55,597 nt of DNA from Callorhinchus milii (lineage: Eukaryota). The translations under genes and the position numbers were made by a program. The DNA lies in assembly GCF_018977255.1 (NCBI RefSeq), contig NW_024705302.1, positions 1 through 55,597 of the forward strand, in the 5' to 3' direction. Under the pieces are notes generated by a model. That model did not search any database. It saw nothing but the letters and a program-made list of their open reading frames with translations, and was not told the DNA's origin. Every line of letters starts with the position of its first letter. Positions within the stretch are counted from its first letter, which is position 1. Shown here piece by piece: positions 26,321 to 38,715 of this stretch.

Positions 26321-28576
26321 ACTACCGATAATTCACGTCTGAGCCGCCACCAAAGTCAGTCAACGAACAATTCTGTCCTTCGTAGCCCCCAAATCGAGCG
26401 GCTTCCTCAAGCGGAGGGAAACTAACATCTGCGTGCCGGGAGGGATTCTCACCATTCGGCGCGCGAGCGCCTGCACCGTAGCGTTGGCCGTCCACAAACG
26501 GGTGGACGGAAGGCAAAAATGCCATACGACAGCCAGATGGCAATTCCAAACAGCCACGGTCAATGCGGATTTTCAAAGGCATCCTTCCAAGGAAATCGGT
26601 TCCAAGTAAACATGGAACAGTCAGGGACATGGAGACAAGAATATGTCTCGACAATTTAATGAGCCGCCGTTATTAGCGAAACACGGTTCATCAACAGGGT
26701 CTGCAACCTGACACTTCGGGGGCAAAATATTGTACATTAATTCCGAGATGATAGTTCCGACGCACCCGTGTCGACTAGCATCCTTATTTCCACATCCTCA
26801 ATAAATCCAAGCACGGCAGGTGAACCCGCGGCCGCAGCCACCACTCGATGGGCCAGCTCCGACCACTGATCCGGTCGGAGCGGACGAAACTCACGATTAC
26901 GCATAGAACCCTCCCGTACCGACGCGCGATCGGTACGCGAACCGAAACACCTAGATGGGTGAGGTGAAGCCAGGGGTCGATTTTGAGTGTGTCGTGACTC
27001 GCCTTAGGGTGGAGGGAAGCGTAGGATGGTGACGAAGCTGGGGGGCGCCATCGTGGTACACGGCAGCCCGATGACACGTGCCCCGGCAGGCCGCAATTGT
27101 AACAGGTAACATGGCCGCCTCCGGGAGAGGACGACCTTGGCCGCCGCTGCTCGTTCGTCTGTCACGCCCCACCGTCACGCCGGTCGCCTCCACCCCGAGT
27201 TGACGCGCATGCCGACACGGTGGCCCCGGCTCCGTGCGGGACGTGGCACACGTCACCTGCGCCTTGTCCCGTTGCAGAAGTTGCTGAGGTTGGATGCACT
27301 TAGCGATCTTGAGAGACGAGATGTCATCATCTTCGGCTGGAAGAATGGTGTGGAGGACTTTCGCCAAGGCCAGCAGTCTCTCGAGGACCAACGCGTCGAT
27401 ACCGTTGTGGTCCATTTTCGGGAAGGCGGCTTTCGCTAGCGCCAAAAGTGCGCTACGGAAGGTGAGGGCCAACTCGGTTTCCCCCTTCCATCACGTAGCG
27501 AACTTGTGGCGTTTATTCGCCGGAGGCTCGTAGATTGACGCCATCTGGTTGAAAGCCTGAGTAAGGGTGGACCTCTCCAATGGCGGGATGGTGATAAACG
27601 CCACAAGGGCGTCATCGTCAAGGGCGGCAGGCAACGCCCGCAGCGCCTCCGTCCATCCCGCCAAGTTGCGTTCTTGAGGAACCGCCGCTTGAAGGCCACC
27701 CAGTCGCCACTGGTGGCCGCAAACTCTTTAATAAAAGGAAACCGACGGCGGAGAGCCGGGATGTCCATCAGCGCCGACAGCGCGTCTTCAAGTTTGGCGC
27801 GCTGTGCACTCCGCGCCGGCGACAAAATGGCGGCCGAATACACGGGCCGCGCCGCTGAATTTCCCGCCTGCTGCGAAATGGTGGCGGAGTCGTCATCCAC
27901 GAGCGGCATCGCCGTTCTCTCCTTCACCAGAGAGACCATGGGACTGATCTCCGTGAGGAGCGAAGCAGCAGCATGGAGGAGCTCCGCGAGGTGACCGTGC
28001 GCCTCCCGAATGGTCGCCTCTGCCGACGGCGGAGCGTCGAGCACCCAGATGGCGCTCTGCTCCGCTGGCAGCATCTCCCCCGCATCCTCCGGAGCTGTAG
28101 GCGGCACGAGGTCCTCGGGGCCGGCTCCGCCCTCAGCCCCACCCACCTTCGCGAGCATTCTAGCTCCCTCTCGATCTCTCTCGGAGAGCTTTCCCCGGAC
28201 ACGGGATCACCCCCTAGCCCCCCCCCACGTGGGGCCCTCTCTGTGGACACTCCGGATCACGTGCCTACGGGGTCAACCAGAGTGCCATGGCCCGGGGCAA
28301 CCCTATCCCTGGGCTGACACTCTCCCGCTCCCCCTTGTGGGAGCCCGCGCTACACGCCATGCGTGGTGCCCGCGCTATCCCAGTGCTCACCAAGCCCCGC
28401 TAGGGCTGGTACTACACCCACCTACGGGGTGTACGCGATGATGGTGCATCGCATGTAGTGCTATGCTAGAGCCAGCCTCACACAGCAACACATGGTGCTG
28501 TCTGTGACGTAAGTACATCGCACGCCACGGCCCTCCCGGGCCGGCACCATACAGTGACTTCCCCGATGTCACTACA
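26321..28576 (-). mobile_element. Truncated, degenerate Ty3/Gypsy element (partial 5' LTR, gag, protease)
   Basis: FIKEFAATSGDWVAFKRRF, FRSALLALAKAAFPKMD and VPCLLGTDFLGRMPLKIRID are homologous to element 1; the LTR part (~28190-28576) aligns with the solo LTR 44573-45203; many frameshifts. Confidence 0.88.
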
Positions 28577-28836
28577 TCTATATAAGTACCTTTATTGTTA
28601 TTGTGAAGTGTCTTAATTCAATGCACTTTACAACAATTATACAAATTGTATACATTAGATGATAGTGGTTAAGATTATAAAGAGTGGTATTGTTATTAAT
28701 ATTGGTGGTATAGTTATGGTAACAGGACAGGTGGGAGTGGTTTAGGAGGGGTTGGGGTAGTTATAGGGGTAGTGATAGTAGTGATATGGGTAATGATATG
28801 GCTGGTGGTAGTGATAGGGTGTGGGGTCGCGATAGT

Positions 28837-29130
28837 GCCACGGTGGTGAGATGTTAACTGCTTCGCCAGGTATTCAGGAGGTAGTGGGTTCGAGCCAGAC
28901 CCTGACGCCTGCTGTATATTTGGAGTTTGCATGTTTCTCCCCCCATTATCCAGTTGATTTTTCACCAGGTCCTCTTTTTCTATCCTCCACATTTAGAATC
29001 AACATGCGTTCATAGTAATTGGGTGCTATACATTTCCACGTAATACGCCGCCTCGTTGAGCTATCAATTGTTGCCAGGTTGCTTCTGAAAATGAACTATA
29101 TAGCTCAGTGGGCCTAACCTGGTAAAAAAA
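28837..29130 (+). mobile_element. tRNA-derived V-SINE-like element
   Basis: tRNA-like head with B-box GGTTCGAGCC; core TGGAGTTTGCATGTTTCTCCCC; 3' end AGCTCAGTGGGCCTAACCTGGT(A)n shared with 41653-41875. Confidence 0.75.
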
Positions 29131-29982
29131 CTGTTTAGTTCATAGGGGTATTGATAGGGGTTGTAATAGGGGTTGGGGTAGTAATAGGTCTAGTGATCGG
29201 GATTGGGGTCATAATAGCAGTTGAGGTAGGCCTGGTCGTAGCTGGGGTTGAGTTGCAGCAGCAGGATGATGATACTTGGCTAGGGGGGAAGATATGGGGG
29301 TTGTTCTCAGGCAGGAACAGAGGAAGCTGATTGGTGAAGATGGTTGCTCAAGTGGAGGTGGGCGAGAAGGGAAGCAACTGGATATATGCACTTCCAAATC
29401 TACATTGAAAACTAATTTCTTTAGACCTGCTTTTTGTATTTAGTATGTTGTCCGTCCTCAGCACCTCTGATTAGCACGGTTGGCTACATAAGGTGCGAAA
29501 AAAGTTCAACATACAAGGGGGAGAGGAGCGAGAGCGAGACTGGGCGCAGGGCAAGGGAGGCACAGAGAGGGACCGGGAGTCACAGCTACATCCCAGTCAC
29601 TAGGGGGACTTGCCACAGAGCAGTGGAGTGCGCAAAACCACAATGTTGATGAACTGTCTAGCAAAGCAACGGTTAGGGTCACATTCTTGTCTTGCAGCGA
29701 TCTAGTTTCCTGTTGCTTGGTGTTTTTTTTTTTATCTAATAGTTGAGGTCAAAAGTCCATTGGGTCTGTGTGTGTCCACCCTCCTCCGTGACAACAAATG
29801 TAAAAGTGCGAGACAGGATTTGAGCTGTGAAGAACAGTAGGCCAGCCCTGCATGGCCCGACCCCACGCTGCAACGTGTTAATGTTACAACCTGAACATCG
29901 ATTACACAGTTTCTGCTACTCAATTGATATCCCGACAGACGAAAGCAGAAACGAGGCTTTACCCGGGTAAACAACAACAACC

Positions 29983-30081
29983 ATGATAATTGTTTTTTTA
30001 CCCTTCTATCTGGCAACAAAACTGACACCTTTTTTGTGTCAGTTTTGTTGCCAGATAGAAAGGTAAAAAACCCATTATCAT
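29983..30081. repeat. Near-perfect hairpin (46-bp arms, 7-nt loop) of a dispersed repeat
   Basis: 29983-30028 is the reverse complement of 30036-30081; a further copy of the arm and flank is at 396-473. Confidence 0.85.
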
Positions 30082-30503
30082 ATTTTTACTGGCAAATGAG
30101 GTCCAATGGTGTAAACAACAACCATGTAAACATTGCACCTAGGGTCAGAGCGGCCAACAGTTAATCGACTTCTACTCCACTTCCTGGTTCTGGGTTGCTC
30201 CCGTAAATCCGACTAACAATTGAACACAGTACAGTATATGTTCCATTAGTTTAATTATGGGTAGTGTTAGGGAAGATATATTCGATCAAATGAAAGAACG
30301 CTAGGAAGTCCAGAGCGTATGTACAGCAAATACGATACAGGTAGCGATAAAAACTGACAGCGCAATATAGTACTGAGAAAAAACGGTAAAGGAGGCAGCA
30401 TTATTTCCGGATATGGGATTTATCTTAAATTGGGGGAAAATTGTTCAGTTTCCGACATACGGAAAATTATGGTTATGGACATGTATCAGTAACCTAATCC
30501 TTC

Positions 30504-30525
30504 CGTAACCCGGGAACTGCCTGTA
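30504..30525 (-). mobile_element. Tigger/pogo-like TIR end
   Basis: TA-CAGGCAGTTCCCGGGTTACG on the minus strand; partner TIR not found. Confidence 0.4.
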
Positions 30526-31203
30526 CCTGATTTGTTTGCCTATAGCTTTTGAAAAATGAAATTAAAACACAAACTCTAAATGATTGAACATTCTTTAATT
30601 CATGGAGATTAGATATAATTATGTATGAACCCCAGGACCTGCAATTTTGTTTGTTGATGAAGCCACGAAGGTGAAAATGAGCTTCATCTAATATAACATT
30701 TATTATGAAGCATCATCTTGGTCTGCAAGTTCAATGAAAGCAAGCGAGTTCCCTAGGAGGCTATGATGGTCTCTAGGCTGCAATTCTTGCACCAGCTAAA
30801 TCTTATCTAGAAAAGATGCAAGTCCTGTACCAAGATTCGCTGTAGCGACTATCATGCAATCCCCAATTGAGCGGAGCGTCTCCTCGTCGGAATTTCGGGG
30901 TTCTCATTAATAATCTCCCTTACTTGCTCAATAGAAGTCGGAGATTGACTGGTTCGAGGCCTGCCAACAACAACGCTTTGCATCCACCGTTGTTCCTGAT
31001 TCCAGAAATCGGGAAATCAACGCCCGAATACAGTGCGGAGTTGAAGCCGTTTGGGTCTTAAAATATCTGCGATAGTCTCTGTGTTGAAATAATTGAAAAA
31101 TTGTTTCTGAAATCATTCAACTATTATTGCCCGCTGCGAAGGGTGTATAGCAGTTCATCGTAAACTCCTAGGTTTTTTCCTTATTTCTGCAAAAAAAAAT
31201 TAC

Positions 31204-31310
31204 ACATAATACCGCAATTTCAAATCAGGTAGTTACTTATGACTCACCCTCTATTATACATAATACCGCAATTTCAAATTAGGTAGTTACTTATGACTCA
31301 CCCTGTATTA
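31204..31310 (-). repeat. 54-bp tandem duplication, each unit ending in a Tc1/mariner-like TIR
   Basis: ACATAATACCGCAATTTCAAAT.AGGTAGTTACTTATGACTCACCCT twice; the reverse complement of the second unit begins TA-CAGGGTGAGTCATAAG. Confidence 0.55.
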
Positions 31311-31346
31311 CTGTAGTGTTTTTTTTTTCACGCGGACAACTTTTTT

Positions 31347-31668
31347 TAAATCCTTTATATTAAGTTCGCTTGCTTGCTTGCTTAGGACTGTGCAAATATT
31401 TCGGTCGTTTTTTAACACATTTCCCGTGATCCAATCGAGCTGACATTTTGCACACAGACTCGTTGTGCGTGACAATGAATTTTCGTGAAAAAAAATTCCT
31501 AAATTTTACACTGTTTAGGGACATTTTTTAAATATTTATTTACCAATTGGTTAATGCTGGCACACAATCATCTGACCCATAGGTGGCAGCCATCTCAAGC
31601 CAGAGGACGAGAGGACTCTAGCCGCCACGCATATAAAGGATTTATAGTGAAAAACTTTGTTTTTACGG
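31347..31668 (+). mobile_element. DINE-1/Helentron-associated (HINE-like) non-autonomous element
   Basis: 14-bp subterminal inverted repeats TAAATCCTTTATAT (31347-31360, 31631-31644); (GCTT)n microsatellite; ATCGAGCTGACATTTTGCACA core; short AAAAAC-TTT-GTTTTT stem-loop after the 3' repeat; T-run flank. Confidence 0.55.
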
Positions 31669-31810
31669 GTTATACTTGTCTCCTGTGTCACTTTTTATTG
31701 AACAGAACTCGCGTTCAACAGCCCGTAACTCCGTCGAACCTCTCCCGCTTGCGCTGCTCGCCCGCTTCGCTCACTCCGCTCTCGCTCTTAGCCTCTCCGC
31801 TGCTTGCCTG

Positions 31811-33385
31811 TGTTGGGGCCGCTGGTCCCCGAAGTCCCTCCCTGCTCCGTGCCTATGGCCGGGGCTCTGCTGTTCGTCGACCCCTCGCTACTCTGCGAGC
31901 AGCTGCGGCCGTCGCTGGGCTCATCGCCCGACGGCTCCCCTCCCTTGTCCATCCCTCCCCGAGCTCGTGTGAGAGGCATCGCTCGCCGCACGCTCTCGTT
32001 CACCTGTAAACGCTGCGTTGTCTCTCCATGAATCACGCGCTATTAAACGGGGGTCAGGGGTCGGAGGGCGAATGACGCTGCCCTCACACTGCGCGAGTCC
32101 CTGCGGTGATAGACGGAGCTGGTACCTGTGGGCGCACCGAACCCTTTCACCACGCTACGAGCGCACACACCTGCGCACACGCGATACCCACTCGTGCGCC
32201 GCTCTACGCAGCGCTCCCACGTGACGAGCCGCTGTGTACACAGCTCCACACGCGACACACTGCTCAACAAGATCACACGAGGCCACGCTTCGCTATTAAT
32301 GATTTATTATATGCTACCTGCGAATTGATGTTAAATCAGTGAGTCGACGAGGCTGGCCTATCCTACTTCCCCTGGACCTATTCCCTATTTATCGGCTTAC
32401 GATACCCTGTCACCTTGCTACTCACGGGTCGAAGTATTCGGCGTCCTGTGGCTTTTCCTCTATGCCGTCCGGGCACGTCACACGGACGTCCGGAGGGCAG
32501 AGCTGGGAGCCGACTTGAACGCGTGCCTCTTGAAGAGAAGTGAGACTCTCTACCTTGCTGCGATCCTTTTTATCCTCTGTCCCGTACTCCCGAAGGCTCT
32601 CCGCTCATGAGCGGCGCATATGCTAATTAATGCTCTGCTGGCGGCGTAAACTCTAAACAATGGCTCGCGCCCCCTTGCACGAGCACGGCGGCTCCGCGGC
32701 GCCTCCACGGCGCTTTTGTTATGCTAATCAATGAGCGACCTGCGCGGCGCAAATTCCAATCAATCCCTTTCTCACGCAGGCCCCCCATTATTGCAGTTCA
32801 TGCGGCGGCGTCCGTCACAAAGGCTCGCCGTGGGAATCTGTGCACGGGCTCCCGCGCGCCTCCCCTCTCCCGATCTATTCATACCTTCAGCTCAATTATT
32901 TACCCTCCCCAACAATTGTGCCTGCGTGCTCAAGCGCAACTATCCCAACCTTCCGTGACTATGCGCAAGAGTCCCTGCGGTCCTGCTACTCATGCTGTCC
33001 CGTCCTTCCCCTGCTGGCCTCGTCGACGCGTGGGGGGGGGGGGTGTGTGGGGGGATGCGTTTCAACCGTGGTGGCCGAATGCCCTTCGCCGCGGCCACAC
33101 CATATTAAGGCCGGTCGCAGCGCCGCGGTGCAACGTAGCGTCGGGGGAGGTCATCCAATTCCCTGATCGCCGGAAACCGTGAGAGTTAATCCCGATAAGG
33201 GTTTCTCGGATAAAAACCGGTCGATCAGGTGTCCTCCCCTTCCAGCTCTATGGGGGGGGGGGGAATGCGTGCGGGTGTGTTCATGTGAGGTGAGGTGAGG
33301 GGGACGAGGGGTTGGCTCCGTTGCTTGGTGGTGGCGAGGTCGGGGATGGGGGCCTGCCGAACGGCTTCGTGGCGGCGGCATCACA
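31811..33385 (-). repeat. 3' LTR of element 2
   Basis: Aligns with 38716-40167, closely over the last ~300 bp on the plus strand and patchily elsewhere; the left boundary is less certain. Confidence 0.78.
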
Positions 33386-36300
33386 TAGCCCCCCGAGGTG
33401 CCAGTCCCCGTCCCGGGTTGACTGGAGCACCTCGCTTGGGCCGCGCCCACGAGGAAACGTTGCGGGGTCCGGGGGATCCGTCCGGACCTGGTGGCTGGCC
33501 TCGGGGCGGGTGGTTCCGTCCTCTGTAGCTCCTGCGGCGGCCTCCTCCTCCACTCCAGCGGCTCTCCCCGTCCTCCGGCACCTGTGGGCTGGGGCACAAA
33601 CTCAGCAGCGGAAGGGTTTAGTGGCCGTCGTCCGCGCCGTCTCCGGACTGGATCGGGGCGTCTCGGGGGCCCGGCGGGGCCCATGTAGTGTGCGAGGCCC
33701 CCCAACACGAGGGGTGCGGGTACTCCGGGATTTCGGGGCCTTCGGGTGACGGGGTTCTCTCTCGCCGGGGCCGCTTTCCACGGTTTTAAGCGGCGGACAT
33801 TGACCACCGTCTCTCGACCCCTCTCCCCGCCATAAATTAGTACCGTCCAGGGGGAGATCTGCCGCACCACGGTCCAGGGTCCCCGCCAGTAGGTCGTCAG
33901 TTTCCCCACCTGCCCGGCCCCGACGCGAGGGGTGTGTAGCCACACCTTAGCGCCTGTCAGGAATAAGGGGGGTTCCATGCGGGGTCGGGTGCCCTGTTCC
34001 TGCCGCCGATGCGCGGCTTCCCCTTGCGGGTATGCTCGGCCTCGGGCTTCTCGCAGGGTCTCCAACAGGTGTTCCACGGGGCGGCTTCCCTCCTCCGGCT
34101 GGGGGGAAGGGACGCCGAATAGCAGATCTGCGGGTAAACGAGACTCACGGCCGAACATCATTAAAAACGGGGTTTGTCCCGTCGACGTGTGTACGGTGGT
34201 GGCGTAGGCGAAAAGGGCGTAGGGGAGGTGTTCGTCCCAATCCCGTTGATTTGCGGCCGCCATACGTTTGAGTTTCCCCGCTAGGGTCTGATTCATGCGC
34301 TCTACCATACCGTTCGCTTGGGGGTGGTACGCTGTGGTTCGGTCCTTCTGGATTCCGAATTCTCGGCACAGTGCCTGGAACAGCTCGGCCTCGAACTCGC
34401 TACCCTGGTCGGTGAGGACTCGTTCTGGGATCCCGTGCTTGAGTACGTAATGTTCCACGAATGCCCGGGCCACCACCAAGGCCGTTTTATCAGGGATGGC
34501 CACTGCCACGGGGTAGCGGGTGAAATACTCTACTGCGACTAGAATATACCGGTTGCCTCGATGGGATCGCGGGAATGGCCCCTGTAGATCGATCCCGACC
34601 AGCTGATTCGTGCGGCTGACGCGGAACGGCCTTAGGGGTACCTGGTATCGTGCCGGTTTCGGCCCGCACTGCTGACAGGCGCGGCAGCCCTGTACCCAGG
34701 CCGCCACGTCTTGTGCCAATTTGGGCCAGAGATACTGGCGACGCAGGGTCTCTCGAGTGCGTCGTTCCCCATCGTGGCCCCCGAGTGGGTGGTCATGCAC
34801 CAGCCGTAGCAGCTGGGGTCGCACCTGGGCAGGAACACAGATGCACCCCGGCTGGCCGGCCTCGGTTAACTCCCGTACCACTCCGTTCTGCACACACAAC
34901 CGGGCATACAAACCGCTCCAGGGTCCTGGTAGGGCGCTCTTTTCCTCCCGCAGTGCCGCCTCCACTGCCGCCAGATCCGGATCTCGCTGCTGGGTCTGTC
35001 TCAGCTGCTCGTCGTTTAGGCCCGGGAAGGCGCAGCCGACGTCCTCCTGGATCCGTCCGATCGGGTCCCGAGCCGCGGGTCCCGCGCTTGCCGGGCGGTC
35101 GACGGGATCCTCGGTGCCACCTGTGAGGGTCTCTGTGGCGCACACTGCACTCTCTCTCGCTGGGGGGGGGGGGTCAGTGGCCGCGGCCTCTCGGGGGTCC
35201 GTTGCCTGCCGGCAGCGTCCCCCGTGAAACACGGGCAGGCCTCCTCCGCCCTTGTCTCGGCGTACACCGTGGGTCGCCTCGACAAGGCGTCCGCGTTTGC
35301 ATGCGTCCGGCCAGCCCGATACTCGATTTGCAGGTTGTACTCCTGCAACTGCGCCAACCACCGGGCCATCTGCCCCCGCGGCTCCTTGAATGTAAGAAGG
35401 AACTGCAGAGCATAATGGTCAGTGCGTACGCGACATCTCCTGCCGTACAAATACGGCCGGAACTGTTTGCATGCGAAAATCACGGCGTACAACTCTTGGC
35501 GGGTCACGCAATAGTTCAGCTCGGCCCCACTCAAGGTCCGGCTGGCGTACGCGATGACTCGTTCCGTCCCATCCTGTACCTGTGACAACACCGCGCCCAG
35601 CCCGCTGCTGCAGGCGTCGGTGTCCAAAATAAAATCGGTGGTAAAATCGGGGAAAGCGAGGGTGGGGGCGTGGGTGAGGTGGTCTTTGAGAGTGGTGAAG
35701 GCCGTCTGGCAGGCCCCCGTCCACTGATAGGGGTGCTTAGGGGAGGTGAGTTGGGTGAGGGGGCGTGCAATCTCGCTGAATCCCTTTACAAATCGACGAT
35801 AATAGGTGGCGAGCCCCAAAAATGATCTGATCTCCGTCAGATTCCTTGGCCGTGGCCACTCCACTACGGCGCGTACCTTCTCCGGATCGGTGTGCACGCC
35901 TGCCTCGCTGACGCGATGCCCGAGGTACCCCACCTCGCGTTGTGCGATGTAACACTTACGTGGCTTGAGCTTGAGATGAGCCGCTCGCAGTCGCTGGAAC
36001 ACCTCTCGAAGCCTGGACCAATGCTCAGACAAAGATCTACTGAACACTATCACATCGTCCAAGTAAATCAGGCACTGTTCCCATTGCAAGCCCCGCATCA
36101 CCAACTCCATCAGCCGCTGGAACGTCGCGGGCGCATTGGTGAGTCCGAACGGGAGTACTCGAAACTCGAATAGTCCCATCGGGGTGGTGAATGCGGTTTT
36201 CGGCCGATCCTCCTCCGCCATCTCCACCTGCCAGTACCCGGACGCGAGATCGAGGGTGGAAAAATATCGCGCTCCGGCGAGGCTGTCGAAGGTGTCGTCG

Positions 36301-37500
36301 ATGCGGGGTATGGGGAAGGCATCGCCGAGCGTGACTGCGTTCAGTTTACGGTAATCGACGCAGAACCGGGTTGACCCATCCTTTTTCGTTACTAGTACCA
36401 CTGGGGCTGACCAGGGGCTCGCCGAGGGCTGAATTATGTTATCGCGAAGCATGTCCCCAACCGCCTCTTTGATCTGGGCGCGTTCGGGTGCGCCCACTCG
36501 GTACGCAGGGAGTTTGATGGGTCGGGCTGCACCGGTGTCAATTTGGTGCTTAACAAGGTCGGTCCGACCCACGTCCGAGTCGTGTTCACTGAATACGTCG
36601 GCATACTCCCGCAGTAACTCGCGCAGCCGATCGGCCTCTCCCTTAGGTAAATCCGCCCATGGTACATGTAACGCGTCGAGCAGGGGAACGACCTCGGCTC
36701 GGGGAGTCGGGCCGACTCGCCAGGCCAGGTCCTGGTCACCCTCAGGACGACCGGGGTCCTCAGCCCAGAGTGCGAACACCGAGTCGTTAGAGTGGCGTGC
36801 GTGCAGGGGGTGTACTGTGGCGATCGGGGTGCGCCGTCGCAGTATCGCTGGGGTATTGTGGGGGTTAAACATCCGCATAAACAATCGGTCCCCATCTGCG
36901 TTTACCAACGTGGCGGATCCCACGACCCCATACCGTTTTGCCAACTCCGGGTGAGGAGTTAGCATTACCTCCCCTGATGGTCGGAGCGCGGGGTCGGTGG
37001 GGGATGTTGCCACCGGCACCAGCATCTCGGTGAGCGGCCCGATGGTGACTGCCGTCGCCAGGATAGCGGCCACAGGTGCGAAGCGGGGGCGCGTTGGTTC
37101 TCGTCCCAGGAACGGTATCCGCTCGCCGTTGCTCTCCATGGTGGCGCATCGCTGGCGGGGTTGCACGTTGAGTCCCAGCTTTTCTAGGAGGTCGGTACCT
37201 GCGATACACTCGTGACACAACGCACTCGACACGTAGAACTCCTGCGTGCACACCTGGCTGCCTATGCGGACCTCTAGGGTGGCTCTCCCCAGCAGCCCCA
37301 TTCCGGCTCCGCTCGCCGTGTGCAGCGCGCGGTCCGGGGCCTGCAGGTGACGCACGTCGACCCCGATCGCGCTGCAGTGCGCTGCGCTCACGAGCGAGGC
37401 CACCGCCCCCGTGTCCAGCAGGATTCGGGTACGCATCCGTTTACCTCCCCTTCCACCAGCGACGTGGCCCCCGTGATTCCCGCCACCAGCTCCCGCAGCC
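33151..37500 (-). CDS. pol: Pol polyprotein of element 2, frameshifted at ~37438 and ~35165
   Basis: ILLDTGAV, RFCVDYRKLN, YLDD, LDTDAC, TDHYAL; HDHPLGGH...CRAC, IDLQGPF, TDQGSEF, GMVER, YWRGPW. ORFs 35016-37436 and 33151-35361. Confidence 0.92.
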
Positions 37501-37573
37501 AGTCGCCAGGAGTCGCCGCGTTCCTTGGGCGTGTGCTGGAATCTGTGTGGAGATCACTCGCTCGCCATTATCA

Positions 37574-38713
37574 TTACAGCTTGTTTGGTCGGGCTACGTC
37601 GATTTCATCCCCCGGTGGTCCCCTCTCTAGGGGGGCCTTAGTGTTTGACCTATGCATCTGCCTCGCACGGGCGAGCTGAGGGCAGTCCCTCCTGAGATGC
37701 CCTCGACGGTCGCACACATAACACGTCCGGGGAGGGGTGGCGGCTCCGTAGTGGGCCCCCTGCCCGCTCCCTCTCCCTGTACGCAGTTGTTCTAACTCGG
37801 ACTCTAATTGGGATACCTTCCCGGCCAGCCCCCCTACTGTGGAGTGTAGTTCACCCATCTCAGACTGGATGGTCTTCACATTTTTATTCGCTTCCTCGCG
37901 TACTTGGGTTACCCTCTCACCTACGTGGGTTACCCTCTCCCTACTTGGGTTACCTTACCGTCCATTCGGTCTACCGGCCAGCAATATCTCCCATGCCGGT
38001 CTGTAACCCAGCTACCCAACCCGGGGTTGTCTCGCGGGGTCTCTGGGCCTCTCTTGCCCGTCTCCCTATGGGGCTGGCGGGCTCCTCCTCATCCTCCTCC
38101 TCGTCAGGGATCAGGCTCGCCACGGTGCACTCCTGTCCCGACCCTCGGAGCTGCGCGCGTTCGCTGGAGAGCTCCTCACACTCCAGTGCTTGCTCGACTA
38201 GGGTATCGAAAGGGAGGCCTGCGCTACCCTTTTGGGCTGCCACCACGCGGTGCGAGCTAGGTACCTGAGTAGCTTGTCTGCAGCTAGCGCGTCAATGACC
38301 TCCTTCGCGAACTCTGGACGGGCGATCCGGGTTAGTGATCGCACGTCCTCGGCGTAGTCTCGGAAGTCCTCGCCAGGTTGGCGTCGGCGCGCCTCTAAGG
38401 CCGTCTTTGCCTGTATCGCGTTGCGCGTGCCGAAACGCAGATCTAATCTACGCATTAGTTCCTCTAGTTGGGTTTGCGCGCTTTCGGGTAGTGCCTCTAC
38501 AAAGTCGGCTGCCCGCCCGTCCAAGTTCAACGTAAGATGTCGTAACGCCTGCGCGTCCGACCAGCCATTAAGCTCTTTAGCCCCTATGATATTGCGGGAA
38601 AACGCTTTCCATGTAGGGGTCCCCTGGCCGGTGAACACATGCCTTACCTTTGCGTGGAGTAGCGCGCCACCTTCCCGTGAAGATGTGAGGGTTCGTACGA
38701 CTTCTGACACCAA
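37574..38713 (-). CDS. gag: Gag of element 2, in three frameshifted pieces, no AUG near the PBS
   Basis: WSDAQALRHL..L.GRAADF and RRRQPGEDFRDYAEDVRSL capsid motifs; CYVCDRRGHLRRDC knuckle. Confidence 0.85.
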
Positions 38714-38715
38714 TA

